NCBI RefSeq assembly: GCF_009914755.1 | Contig: NC_060925.1 | Reading direction: 5' to 3' (one strand) | DNA length: 64,000 bases | Origin: the human T2T-CHM13v2.0 reference genome, Homo sapiens | Shown: one piece after another, positions 30,701 to 43,700 of the stretch | Layout: the number at the start of each line of letters is the position of its first letter | Numbering within the stretch: the first letter of the stretch is position 1 | Program-made: the position numbers and the translations under genes | The notes under the pieces: generated by a model | What the model saw: the letters and a program-made list of their open reading frames with translations, nothing else | The model's database searches: none | What the model was told of the DNA's origin: nothing

Positions 30701-33700
30701 TGGAATGGACATGAATGGAATGGAATGGAATGGAATGGAATGGAATGGAATGGAGTGGAATGGAATAGAATGGAATGGAATGGAATGAAATCAACCCGAT
30801 TGGAATGGAATGGAATGCAATGGAATGGAATGGAATCATCTGGAAAGGAATCAAATGCAACGGAATGGAATGGAATGGAATGGAATGGAATCAACCGAGT
30901 GGAATGGAATGGAATGGAATGGAATGGAATCAACCCGAGTGGAATGGATTGGAATGGAGTGGAATGGAATGGAACGGCCTGGAATGCAATGGAATGAACT
31001 AGAATGGAATTGAATTCAATAGATTGGAATGGAATCGAATGGAATCAACCTGAGTGGAATGGAATGGAATGGAATGGAATGAACGGAATGGAATGGAATG
31101 GATACTAATGGAATGGAATGGAAAGGAAACAACGCAAGTAGAATAGAATGCAATGGAATGCAATAGAATGGAATGGAATGCAATGGAATTCAATGTAATG
31201 GAAACAAACCGAGTGGAATGTAATGGAATGGAAAGGACTGGACTGTAAGGGAATGGATTGGAAACAACCCGATTCCAATTTTAATGGAATGGAATGGAAT
31301 GGAATGGAATGGAATCAACCCGAGTTCAATGGAATGGAATGGAAAGTAATGGAATAGAATGGAATGGAATCAACTCGAGTGGAAAGGAATGGAATGGAAA
31401 GGAATGGAATGTAAAGGAAAGGAATGGAATGCAATGGAATGCAATGGTATGTAATGGAGTCAACCCGAGTGGAATGGAATGCAATGGAATGGAATGAAAA
31501 TGAATGGAATGCAATGCAATGGAATGGAGTGGAATGAAATAAACACCAGTGGAAGGGAATGCAATGGAATGGAGCGGACTGGAATAAACACCAGTGGAAT
31601 GGAATGGAATGGAATGGAATGGAATGGAATGGAATGAAATCAACCCGATTAGAATGGAATAGAATGCAATGGAATGAAATGGAATCAACTGGAAAGGAAT
31701 GAAATGGAATGGAATGGAATGGAATGGAATCACTCCGAGTGGAATGGAATGGAATGGAATGGAATGGAATGGAAGGCAATGGATTGGAGTGGAATGGAAT
31801 AAACACCAGTGGAATGGAATGCAATGGAATGGAATGGAATGGAATCAACCTGAGTGGAATGGATTGGAATAGAGTGGAATGGAATGGAATGGAATGGAAT
31901 CAAACTGAGTGGAATGGAATGGAATGGAATGAAATGGAATGTAATGGAGTGAAAGGCATTAGAATCAACAGGAAAGGAATGGAATGGAATGGAATGGAAT
32001 GGAATGGAATGGAATGGAATGGAATGGAATCGAATGCATTATAATGGATTGGAATGGAATCAATCCCGGTGGAATGAAATGGAATGGAATGGAATCAACC
32101 GGAGTGGAATGAAATGTAATGCAATGTAATGGAATGGAATGGAACGGAATGGAATGGAATGGAAAGGAATAGTATGGAATCAATTCGAGTGCAATGTAAA
32201 GGTATAGAATGGAATAGAGTGGAATGGAACGGAATGGAATGGAATGGAAACGAATAGTATGGAATCAATTCGAGTGCAATGTAAAGGTATAGAATGGAAT
32301 AGAGTGGAATGGAATGGAATGGAATCAACCAGAGTGGAATGGAACGGAAAGGAATAGAATGGAATGGAATGGAATGGAATGGAATGGAATGGAATTTAAT
32401 GGAATGGAATGGAATGGAATGGAAAGGAATGGAATGTAACGGCATGGAATGAAGTGGAATGGAGTGGAAATAACCCGAGTGGAATGGAATGGTATGGAAT
32501 GGAATGTAGCAGCACGGAATGGAATGGAATGGAGTGCAATAAAACCCGAGTGGAATGGAATGGAATGGAATGGACTGCAGTGGAATGGAATGGAATGGAA
32601 TGGAATGCAATGGATTAGAATGGAATGGAATAAACACGAGTGGAATGGAACGTAATGGAATGGAAAAGAATGGAATGGAATGGAATGGAATGGAATGGAA
32701 TGGAATGGAATGGAATAAACACGAGTGGAATGGAATGGAAGAGAATGGAATGGAATGGAATTGAATGGAATGGAATGGAATGGAATCACCCCGAGTGCAA
32801 TGGAATGGAAAGGAATGGAAAGGATTGGAAGGGAATGGGATAAACACGAGTGGAATGGAATGGAATGGAATGGAATGCAATGCGTTGGAATGGAATGGAA
32901 GGGAATCAACCCGAATGGAATAGAACGGAATGGAATGGAGTGGAATGGAATGGAATGGAATGGAATGGAATGGAATGGAATGGAATAGAATGAAACAGAA
33001 CGGAATTTAATGGAATGGAATGGAATGGAATGGAATCAAACCGAATGAAATGGAATGGAATGGAATGGAATGGAATCAACTCGAGTGGAATGGAATGGAA
33101 TGGAATGGAATGGAATGGAATGGAACGGAATGGAATGGAATGGAATAGAATCAACCCCAGTGGAATGGAATGGAGTGGAATGGAATGTAATGAAATGGAA
33201 TGAAATGGAATGGAATGTAATGAAATGGAATGGAGTGGAATGGTATACACACCAGTGTAATGCAATGGAATGGAATGGAATGGAATGGAATGGACTAGAA
33301 TGAAATGGAATGGAATGAAATCAACCAAATTGGAATGGAATGGAATGCAATGGAATGGAATGGAATGGAATCAAATGGAAAGGAAAGAAATGGAATGGAA
33401 TGCAATGGAATGGAATGGAACGGAATGGAATGGAATGGAAAGGAATGGAATGGAATGGAATGGAAACAACCCGAGTGGAATGCAATGGAAAGGAATGGAA
33501 TGGAATGGAACGGAATCAACCCAATTGGAATGGAATGGAATGGAATGGAATGGAATGGAATGGAATGGAATGCAGTCAACACGAGTGGAATGGAATGGAA
33601 TGGCATGGAATGGAATGGAATGGAAAGGTATGGAATAGAATGGAATGGAAACAACTCGAGAGGAAAGGAATGGAATGGAAAGGAATGGAATGGAAAGGAA

Positions 33701-36700
33701 AGGAATGGAATGCAATGGAATGCAATGGTATTTAATGGAGTCAACAAGAGTGGAAAGCAATGGAATGGAATGGAATGAAATGGAAAGAATGGACTGCAAT
33801 GGAATGGAGTGGAATGGAATAAACACCAGTGGAATGGAATGGAATGGAATGGAAGGGAATGGAATGGAATCAACCAGAGTGGCATGCAATGGAATGGAAT
33901 GAAACGGAATGGAATGAAATCAACCCGAATGGAACGGATTGGAAGAGAGTGGAATGGAATGGAAACGCATGGAATGCAATGGAATCAACTAGAATGGAAT
34001 GGAATGGAATGGAATGGAATGAACAGGAATGGAATGGAATGGAATGGAACGGAATGGAATGGAATGGAATGGAGTGGAATGGAATAGAATGGAATGGAAT
34101 GGAATGAAATCAACCCGATTGGATTGGAATGGAATGCAATGGAATGGAATGGAATCATCTGGAAAGGAATCAAATGGAACGGAATGGAATGGAATGGAAT
34201 GGAATCAACCAGAGTGGAATGCAATGGAATGGAATGGAATGGAATGGAATGGAATCAACATGATTCCAATGGAATGGAATGGAATGGAATGGAATGGAAT
34301 GGAATGGAATGGAATGGAATGGAATCAACCCGAGTGGAATGGAATGGAATGGAATGGAATGGAATGGAATGGAATAGAATGGAATGGAATCAACTCGAAT
34401 GGAAAGGAATGGAATGGAAAGAAATGGAATGGAAAGGAAAGGAATGGAATACAATGGAATGCAATGGTATGTAATGGAGTCAACCCGAGTGGAATGGAAT
34501 GGAATGGAATGGAATGAAAATGAATGCAATGCAATGCAATGCAATGGAGTGGAATGGAATAAACACCAGTGGAAAGGAATGCAATGGAATGGAGCAGACT
34601 GGAATAAACACCAGTGGAATGGAATGGAATGGAATGGAATGGAATGGACTAGAATGGAATGGAATGGAATGAAATAAACACGATTAGAATGGAATAGAAT
34701 GCAATGGAATGAAATGGAATCAACTGGAAAGGAATGAAATGGAATGGAATGGAGTCAACCCGAGTGGAATGGAATGGAATGGAATGGAATGCAATGGAAT
34801 GGAGTAGAATGGAATAAACACCAGTGGAATGGAATGCGATGGAATGGAATGGAATGGAATGGAATCAACCCGAGTGGAATGGATTGGAATAGAGTGGAAT
34901 GGAATGGAATGGAATCAAACTGAGTGGAATGGAATGGAATGGAATGCAATGGAATGTAATGGAGTTTAAGGCATTAGAATCAACGGGAATGGAATGGAAT
35001 GGAATGGAATGGAATCAACCACAGTGGAATGGAATGGAATGGAATGGAATGGATTATAATGAAATGGAATGGAATCAATCCGGGTGGAATGGAATGGAAT
35101 GGAATGGAATCAACTCGAGTGGAATGAAATGTAATGTAATGTAATGGAATAGAATGGAATGGAACTGAATGGAATGGAATGGAATGGAATAGAATAGAAT
35201 CAATTCGAGTGCAATGTAAAGGTATAGAACGGAATAGAATGGAATGGAATGGAATGGAATCAACCAGAGTAGAATGGAACGGAAAGGGATGGAATGGAAT
35301 GGAATGGAATGGAATGGAATGGAATGGAATGGAACGGCATGGAATTAAATGGAATGGAGTGGAATTATCCCAAGTGGAATGGAATGGAATGGAATGGAGT
35401 GCAATAAACCTGTGTGGAAGGGAATGTAATGGAATGGACTGGAATGGAATGGAATGGAATAAACACGAGTGGAATGGAATGGAATGGAATGGAATGGAAG
35501 AGAATGGAATGGAATGGAATCAACCCGAGTGGAATGGAATGGATAGGAATCGAATGGAATCAACCCGAGTGCAATGGAATGGAAAGGAATGGAATGGAGT
35601 GGAAGGGAATGGGATAAACACGAGTGGAATGAAATGGAATCGAATGGAATACAATAGAATGGAATGGAATCAACTCGAGTGGAAAGGAATGGAAAGGAAA
35701 GGAATGGAATGCAATGGAATGCAGTGGTATGGAATGGAGTCAAACCGAGTGGAATGGAATGGAGTTGAATGGAATGCAATGGAATGGAATGGAATGCAAT
35801 GGAATGCTGTGGAATGGAATAAACAGCAGTGGAATGGAATGCAATGAAATGGAATGGAATGGAATGGAATGGAATGGAATGGACAGGAATAGAATGGAAT
35901 GGAGTGGAATGGAATGGAATGGAATGGATTAGAATGGAATGGTATGGAATGAAACCAACCCGATTGGAATGGAATGGAATGCAATGTAATGGAATGGAAT
36001 CAACTGGAAAGGAATAAAATGGAATTGAATGGAATGGAATGGAATGGAATGGAATTGAATGGAATGGTATGGAATAGAATGGAATCAACCCGAGTGGAAT
36101 GCAATGGAATGGAATGGAATGGTATGGAATGGAATGGAATGGAATGGAATGGAATGGAATGGAAATAAATCATCCCGAGTGGAATGGAATGGAACGGCAT
36201 GGAATGCAATGGAATCAACTACAATGGAATGGAATGGAATGGAATCAAACGGAATCAACCTGAGTGAAATGGAAAGGAATGGAATGGAATGAATGGAATG
36301 GAATGGAATGTAAACTAATGGAATGGAATGGAAAGGAAACAAACCCAGTGGAATAGAAAGCAATCGAATGCAATGCAATGGAATGGAATGGAGTGGAATT
36401 CAATGTAATGGAAGCAAACCGGGTGGAATGGAATGGAATGTAAAGGACAGGAATGTAGTGGAATGGAATAAACAAGAGTGAAATGGAATGGAATGGAATG
36501 GAATGGAATGGAATAGAATGGAGTGGAAACAACTCGAGTGGAAAGGAATGGAATGGAAAGGAATGGAATGGAAAGGAAAGGAATGGAATGCAATGGAATG
36601 CATTGGTATAGAATGGATTCAACCCGAGTGGAATGGAATGGAATGGAAAGGAATAAACACCAGTGGAATGAAATGGACTGGAAGGGAATGGAATGGAATG

Positions 36701-37750
36701 GAATGGAATCAACCAGAGTAGAATGCAATGGAATGGAATGAAATGGAATGGAATGATATCAACCCGAATGGAATGTATTGGAATAGAGTGGAATGGAATG
36801 GAATGGCATGGAATGCAAAGGAATCAACTAGAATGGAATGGACAGGAATGGAATGGAATGGAATGGAATGGAATGGAATGGAGTGGAATGGAATAGAATG
36901 GAATGGAAAAGAATGGAATAGAATGGAAAGAACCCGAGTGGAATTCAATGGAATGGAATGGAATGGAATGGAACGGAATCAACCCGAGTGGAATGGAATG
37001 GAATTGAATGGAATGGAATGGAATGGAATGGAATGGAATGAAATCAACCCGCGTTGCAGGAAATGGAATGCAATTGAATGGAATGGAATGGAATGGAATG
37101 AAATCAACCCGAGTTGAGTGGAATGGAATGGAATGGAATGGAATGGAATGGTATGGAAAGGAATGGAATGGAATCAACCCGAGTGGAATGCAAAGGAATG
37201 GAATGCAATGGAATGGAATGGAATGGAATGGAATGGAATGGAATGGAATGGAATGGAATGGAATGGAATCAACCCGAGTGGAATGCAATGGAATGGAATG
37301 GAATGGAATGGAATGGAATCAACCCGAGTGGAATGGATTGGAATGGAGTGGAATGGAATGGAGCAGCATGGAATGCAATGGAATCAACTAGAATGGAATG
37401 GAATTGAATGGATTGGAATGGAATCGAACGGAATCAACCTGAGTGGAATGGAGTGGAATGGAATGGAATGAATGGAATGCAATGGAATGCATACTAATGG
37501 AATGGAATGGAAAGGAAACAATCCGAGTGGAATAGAATGCAATGGAATGCATTGGAATGGAATGGAATGCAATGGAATTCAATGTAATGGAAACAAACCG
37601 AGTGGAATGTAATGGAATGTAAAGGAATGGACGGTAATGGAATGGATTGAAATCAACCCGATTCCAATGGAATGGAATGGAATGGAATGGAATTGAATGG
37701 AATGAAATGGAATGGAATAGAATGGAATGGAATCAACTCGAGTGGAAAGG
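24800..37750 (+). repeat. Dispersed block copy: about 24.8-27.0 kb repeated at about 36.1-37.75 kb (offset 11,278 bp)
   Basis: CAACTACAAT 24938/36216, GATATC 25477/36755, CAACCCGCGTTGCAGGAAAT 25747/37045. Near-identical ORF translations at 25037-25450/36315-36728. Confidence 0.85.
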
Positions 37751-40172
37751 AATGGAATGGAAAGGAATGGACGGTAATGGAATGGATTGGAATCAACCTG
37801 ATTCCAATGGAATGGAATGGAATGGAATGGAATAGAATGGAATGGAATAGATTGGAATATAATCAACTCGTGTGGAAAGAAATGGAATGTAAAGGAATGG
37901 AAAGGAAAGGAAAGGAATGGAATGCAATGGATTGCAATGGTATGTAATGGAGTCAACCCGAGTGGAATGGAATGGATAGGAATGGAATGGAATCAACCCG
38001 AGAGCAATGGAATGGAAAGGAATGGAATGGAATGGAATAGAATGGAATGGAATCAACTCCAGTGGAAAGGAATGGAATGGAAAGGAATGGAATGCAATGG
38101 AATGCAGTGGTATGGAATGCAGTCAAACCGAGTTGAATGGAATGGAATTGAATGGAATGGAATGGAATGGAATGGAATGCAATGGAATGGAGTGGAGAGG
38201 AATAAACACCAGTGGAATGGAATGGAATGGAATGGAATGGAATAGATTGGAATGGAATGGAATGGAACGGAATGGAATGGAATGGAATGAAATGGAATGG
38301 AATGGAATGGAATGGAATGGAATGGAATGGAAGGAAATGGAATGGAATGGAATGAAATGGAATGGAGTGGAAAGGTATAAACTCCAGTGGAATGGAATGG
38401 AATGGAATGGAATGGAATGGAATGGAATGGAATGCACAGGAATGGAATGGAATGGAATGGAATGGAATGGAATGGAATGGAATGAAATCAACCCGATTGG
38501 AATGGAATGGAATGCAATGGAATGGAATGGATTGGAATCAACTGGAAAGGAATGGAATGGAATGGAAAGGAATGGAAAGGAATGGAATGGAATGGAATGG
38601 AATGGAATGGAATGGAATGGAATCAACGACAGTGGAATGCAATGGAATGGAATGGAATGGAATGGAATAAACACGAGTGGAATGGAATGGAATGGAATGG
38701 AATGGAATAAAACGGAATGAACCCGAGTGGAATGGAATTGAATGGAATGGAATTGAATGAACACGAGTGGAATGGAATGGGATGGAATGCAATGGATTGG
38801 AATGGAATGGAATGGAATGGAATCAACCAGAATGGAATAGAATGGAATGGAATGGAGTGGAATGGAATGGAATGGAATGGAATGGAATGGAATGGAATAG
38901 AATGGAACAGAATGGAATTTAATGGAATGGAATGGAATGGAATCAACCCGAATGAAATGGAATGGAATGGAATGGAATGGAATGGAAACAACCCGAATGG
39001 AATGGAATTGAATGGAATGGAATGGAATGGAATGGATTCAAACCCAGTGGAATGGAATGGAGTGGAATGGAAAGGAATCACCCCTAGTGTAATGCAATGG
39101 AATGGAATGGAATGCAATGGAATGGAATGGAATGGAATGGAATGGAATGGAATGGAATGGAATAGAATGGAATGAAAACAACTCGAGAGGAAAGGAATGG
39201 AATGGAAAGGAATGGAATGGAAAGGAAAGGAATGGAATACAATGGAATGCAATGGTATGGAATGGAGTCAACACGAGTGGAATGGAATGGAATGGAATGG
39301 AATGGAATGGAATCAACCAGAGTGGAATGCAATGGAATGGAATGAAATGCAATGGAATGAAATCAACCAGATGGAATGGATTGGAATAGACTTGAATGGA
39401 ATGGAATTGCATGGAATGCAATGGAATCAACTAGAATGGAATGGAAAGGAATGGAATGGACATGAATGGAATGGAATGGAATGAAATGGAATGGAATGGA
39501 ATGGAATGGAATGGAATGGAGTGGAATGGAAAGAATGGAATGGAATGGAATGAAATCAACCCGATTGGAATGGAATAGAATGCAATGGAATGGAATGGAA
39601 TCATCTGGAAAGGAATCAAATGGAACGGAATGGAATTGAAAGGAATGGAAAGGAATGGAATCAACCCGAGTGGAATGGAATGGAATGGAATGGAATGGAA
39701 TGGAATGGAATGGAATGGAATGGAATCAACCCGAGTGGAATGAATTGGAATGGAGTGGAATGGAATGGAACGGCCTGGAATTCAATGGAATCAACTAGAA
39801 TGGAATGCAACTGAATGGATTGGAATGGAATCGAATGGAATCAACCTGAGTGGAATAGAATGGAATGGAATGGAATGAATGGAATGGAATGGAATGGATA
39901 CTAATGGAATGGAATGGAAAGGAAACAACCCGAGTGGAATAGAATGCAATGGAATGCAATGGAATGGAATGGAATGCAAAGGAATTCAATGTAATGGAAA
40001 CAAACCGAGTGGAATGTAATGGAATGGAAAGGACTGGACTGTAATGGAAGGGATTGGAATCAACCCGATTCCAATGCAATGGAATGGAATGGAATGGAAT
40101 GCAATGGAATGCAATGGTATGTAATGGAGTCAACCCGACTGGAATGGAATGGAATGGAATGGAATGAAAATG

Positions 40173-40761
40173 AATGGAATGCAATGCAATGGAATGGAGT
40201 GGAAAGGAATAAACACCAGTGGAAGGGAATGCAATGGAATGGAGCGGACTGGAATAAACACCAGTGGAATGGAATGGAATGGAATGGAATGGAATGGAAT
40301 GGAATGGAATGAAGTCAACCAGATTAGAATGGAATAGAATGCAATGGAATCAAATGGAATCAACTGGAAAGGAATGAAATGGAATGGAATTGAATGGAAT
40401 GGAATCAACCCGAGTGGAATGGAATGGAATGCAATGGAATGGAGGGGAATGGAATAAACACCAATGGAATGCAATGCAATGGAATGGAGTGGAAAGGAAT
40501 AAACACCAGTGGAAGGGAATGCAATGGAATGGAGCGGACTGGAATAAACACCAGTGGAATGGAATGGAATGGAATGGAATGGAATGGAATGGAATGGAAT
40601 GAAGTCAACCAGATTAGAATGGAATAGAATGCAATGGAATCAAATGGAATCAACTGGAAAGGAATGAAATGGAATGGAATTGAATGGAATGGAATCAACC
40701 CGTGTGGAATGGAATGGAATGCAATGGAATGGAGGGGAATGGAATAAACACCAATGGAATG
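40173..40761 (+). repeat. Near-perfect 290-bp tandem duplication
   Basis: Rare markers repeat at +290: GGAGCGGACT 40241/40531, GAAGTCAACC 40311/40601, GGAGGGGAAT 40441/40731. The only difference I see is CGAGT (40411) vs CGTGT (40701). Confidence 0.92.
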
Positions 40762-43700
40762 GATTGCAATGGAATGGAATGGAAAGGAATGGAATGGAAT
40801 CAACCCGAATGGAATGGATTGGAATAGAGTGGAATGGAATGGAATGGAAGCAAACTGAGTGGAATGGAATGGAATCGAATGCAATGGAATGTAATGGAGT
40901 GGAAGGCATTAGAATCAACGGGAATGCAATGGAATGGAATGGAATGGAATGGAATCAACCACAGTGTAATGGAAAGGAATGGAATGGAGTATAATGGAAT
41001 GGAATGGAATCAATACGGGTGGAATAGAATGGAATGGAATGGAATGGAATGGAATGGAATGGAATGGAATGGAATGGACTAGAATGGAATGGAATGGAAT
41101 GAAATCAACCAGATTAGAATGGAATAGAATGCAATGGAATGAAATGGAATCAACTGGAAAGGAATGAAATGGAATGGAATTGAATGGAATGGAATCAACC
41201 CGAGTGGAATGGAATGGAATAGAGTGGAATGGAATGGAATGGAATCAAACTGAGTGGAATAGAATGGAATGGAATGCAATGGAATGTAATGGAGTGGAAG
41301 GCATTAGAATCAACGGGAATGCAATGGAATGGAGTGGAATGGAATGGAATCAACGACAGCGTAATGGAAAGGTATGGAATGGAGTATAATGGAATGGAAT
41401 GGAATCAATACGGGTGGAATGGAATGGAATGGAATGGAATGGATTATAATGGAATGGAACGGAATCAATCCGGGTGGAATGGAATGGAATGGAATGGAAT
41501 CAACTCGAATGGAATGAAATGGAATGGAATGGAATTGAATCAATTCGAGTGCCATGGAAAGGTATAGAATGCAACAGAATGGAAAGGAATGGAATGGAAT
41601 CAACCAGATTGGAATGGAACGGAAAGGAATGGAATGGAATGGAATGGAATGGAATGGAATGGAATGGAATGGAATGTAACGGCATGGAATGAAATGGAAT
41701 GGAGTGGAATTAACCCGAGTGGAATGGAATGGAATGGAATGGAAAGTAGCGGCATGGAATGGAATGGAATGGAGTGCAATAAACCCGAGTGGAATGGAAT
41801 GGAATGGAATGGAATGGAATGGAATGGAATAAGCAAGAGTGTAATGGAATGGAATAGAATGGAAGGTAATGGAATGGAATGGAATCAACCCAAGTGGAAT
41901 AGAATGGATAGGAATGGAATGGAATCAACCCGAGAGCAATGGAATGGAAAGGAATGGAATGGAGTGGAATAGAATGGGATAAACACGAGTGGAATGGAAT
42001 GGAATGGAATGGAAAGGAAAGGAATTGAATGCAATGGAATGCAATTGTATGGAATGGAGTCAACCAGAGGGGAATGGAATGAAATGGAATGGAATGGAAT
42101 GCAATGGAATGGAGTGGAATGGAATGGAATGGAATGTAACGGCATGGAATGAAATGGAATGGAGTGGAATTAACCCGAGTGGAATGGAATGGAATGGACT
42201 GGAATATAGCGGCATGGAATGGAATGGAATGGAGTGCAATAAACCCGAGTGGAATGGAATGGAATGGAATGGACTGGAATGGAATGGAATGGAATGTAAT
42301 GGAATGGAATGGAATAGAATAAGCAAAAGTGGAATGGAATTGAATGGAATGGAAGAGAATGGAATGGAATGGAATCAGCCCAGTGGAATGGAATGGATAG
42401 GAATGGAATGGAATCAACCCGAGAGCGATGGAATGGAAAGGAATGGAATGGAGTGGAATACAATGGGATAAACACGAGTGGAATGGAATGGAATGGAATG
42501 GAATGGAATGGAATGGAATGGAATGGAATGGAATAGAATGGAATGGAATCAACTCGAGTGGAAAGGAATGAAATGGAAAGGAATGGAATGCAATGGAATG
42601 TAGTGGTATGGAATGGAGTCAAACCGAGTTGAATGGAATGGAATGGAATAGAATGCAATGGAATGGAATGGAATGCAATGGAATGGAGTGGAATAGAATA
42701 AACACCAGTGGAATGGAATGGAATGGAATGGAATAGAACGGAATGAACCCGAGTGGAATGGAATGGAATGGAATGGAATGGAATGAACACGAGTAGAATG
42801 GAATGGGATGGAATGCAATGGATTGGAATGGAATAGAATGGAATCAACCAGAATGGAATAGAATGGAATGGAATGGAGTGCAATGGAATGGAATGGAATG
42901 GAATAGAATGGAACAGAATGGAATTTAATGGAAGGGAATGGAATGGAATCAACCCGAATTAAATAGAATGGAATGGAATGGAATGGAAACAACCCGAGTG
43001 GAATGGAATGGAATGGATTGGAATGGAATGGAATGGAATGGAATGGAATCAACCCCAGTGGAATGGAATGGAGTGGAATGGAAAGGAATCACCCCGAGTG
43101 TAATGCAATGGAATGGAATGGAATGCAATGGAATGGAATGGAGTGGAATGGAATGCAGTCGAATGAAATGGAATTCAATGGAATAAAATGGAATGGAATG
43201 GAATGGAATGAAATGGAATGGAGTGGAATGGTATAAACACCAGTGCAATGGAACGGAATGGAATGGAATGGAATGGAATGGAATGGAATGGAATGGAATG
43301 GACAGGAAGGGAATGGAATGGAATGCACTAGAATGGAAATGAATGGAATGAAATCAACCCGAAAGGAATGGAATGGAAAGCAATGGAATGGAATGGAATG
43401 GAAACAACTGGAAAGGAATGAAATGTAATGGAATGTAATGGAATGGAATGGAATGGAATGGAATGGAATGAAAATGAATGGAACGCAATGCAATGGAATG
43501 GAGTGGAATGGAATAAACACCAGTGGAAGGGAATGCACTGGAATGGAGTGGAATGGAATAAACACCAGTGGAATGGAATGCACTGGAATGGAGTGGAATG
43601 GAATAAACACCAGTGGAATGGAATGCAATGGAATGGAATGGAATGAAATCAACCAGAGTGGAATGCAATGGAATGGAATGAAATGGAATGGAATGAAATC

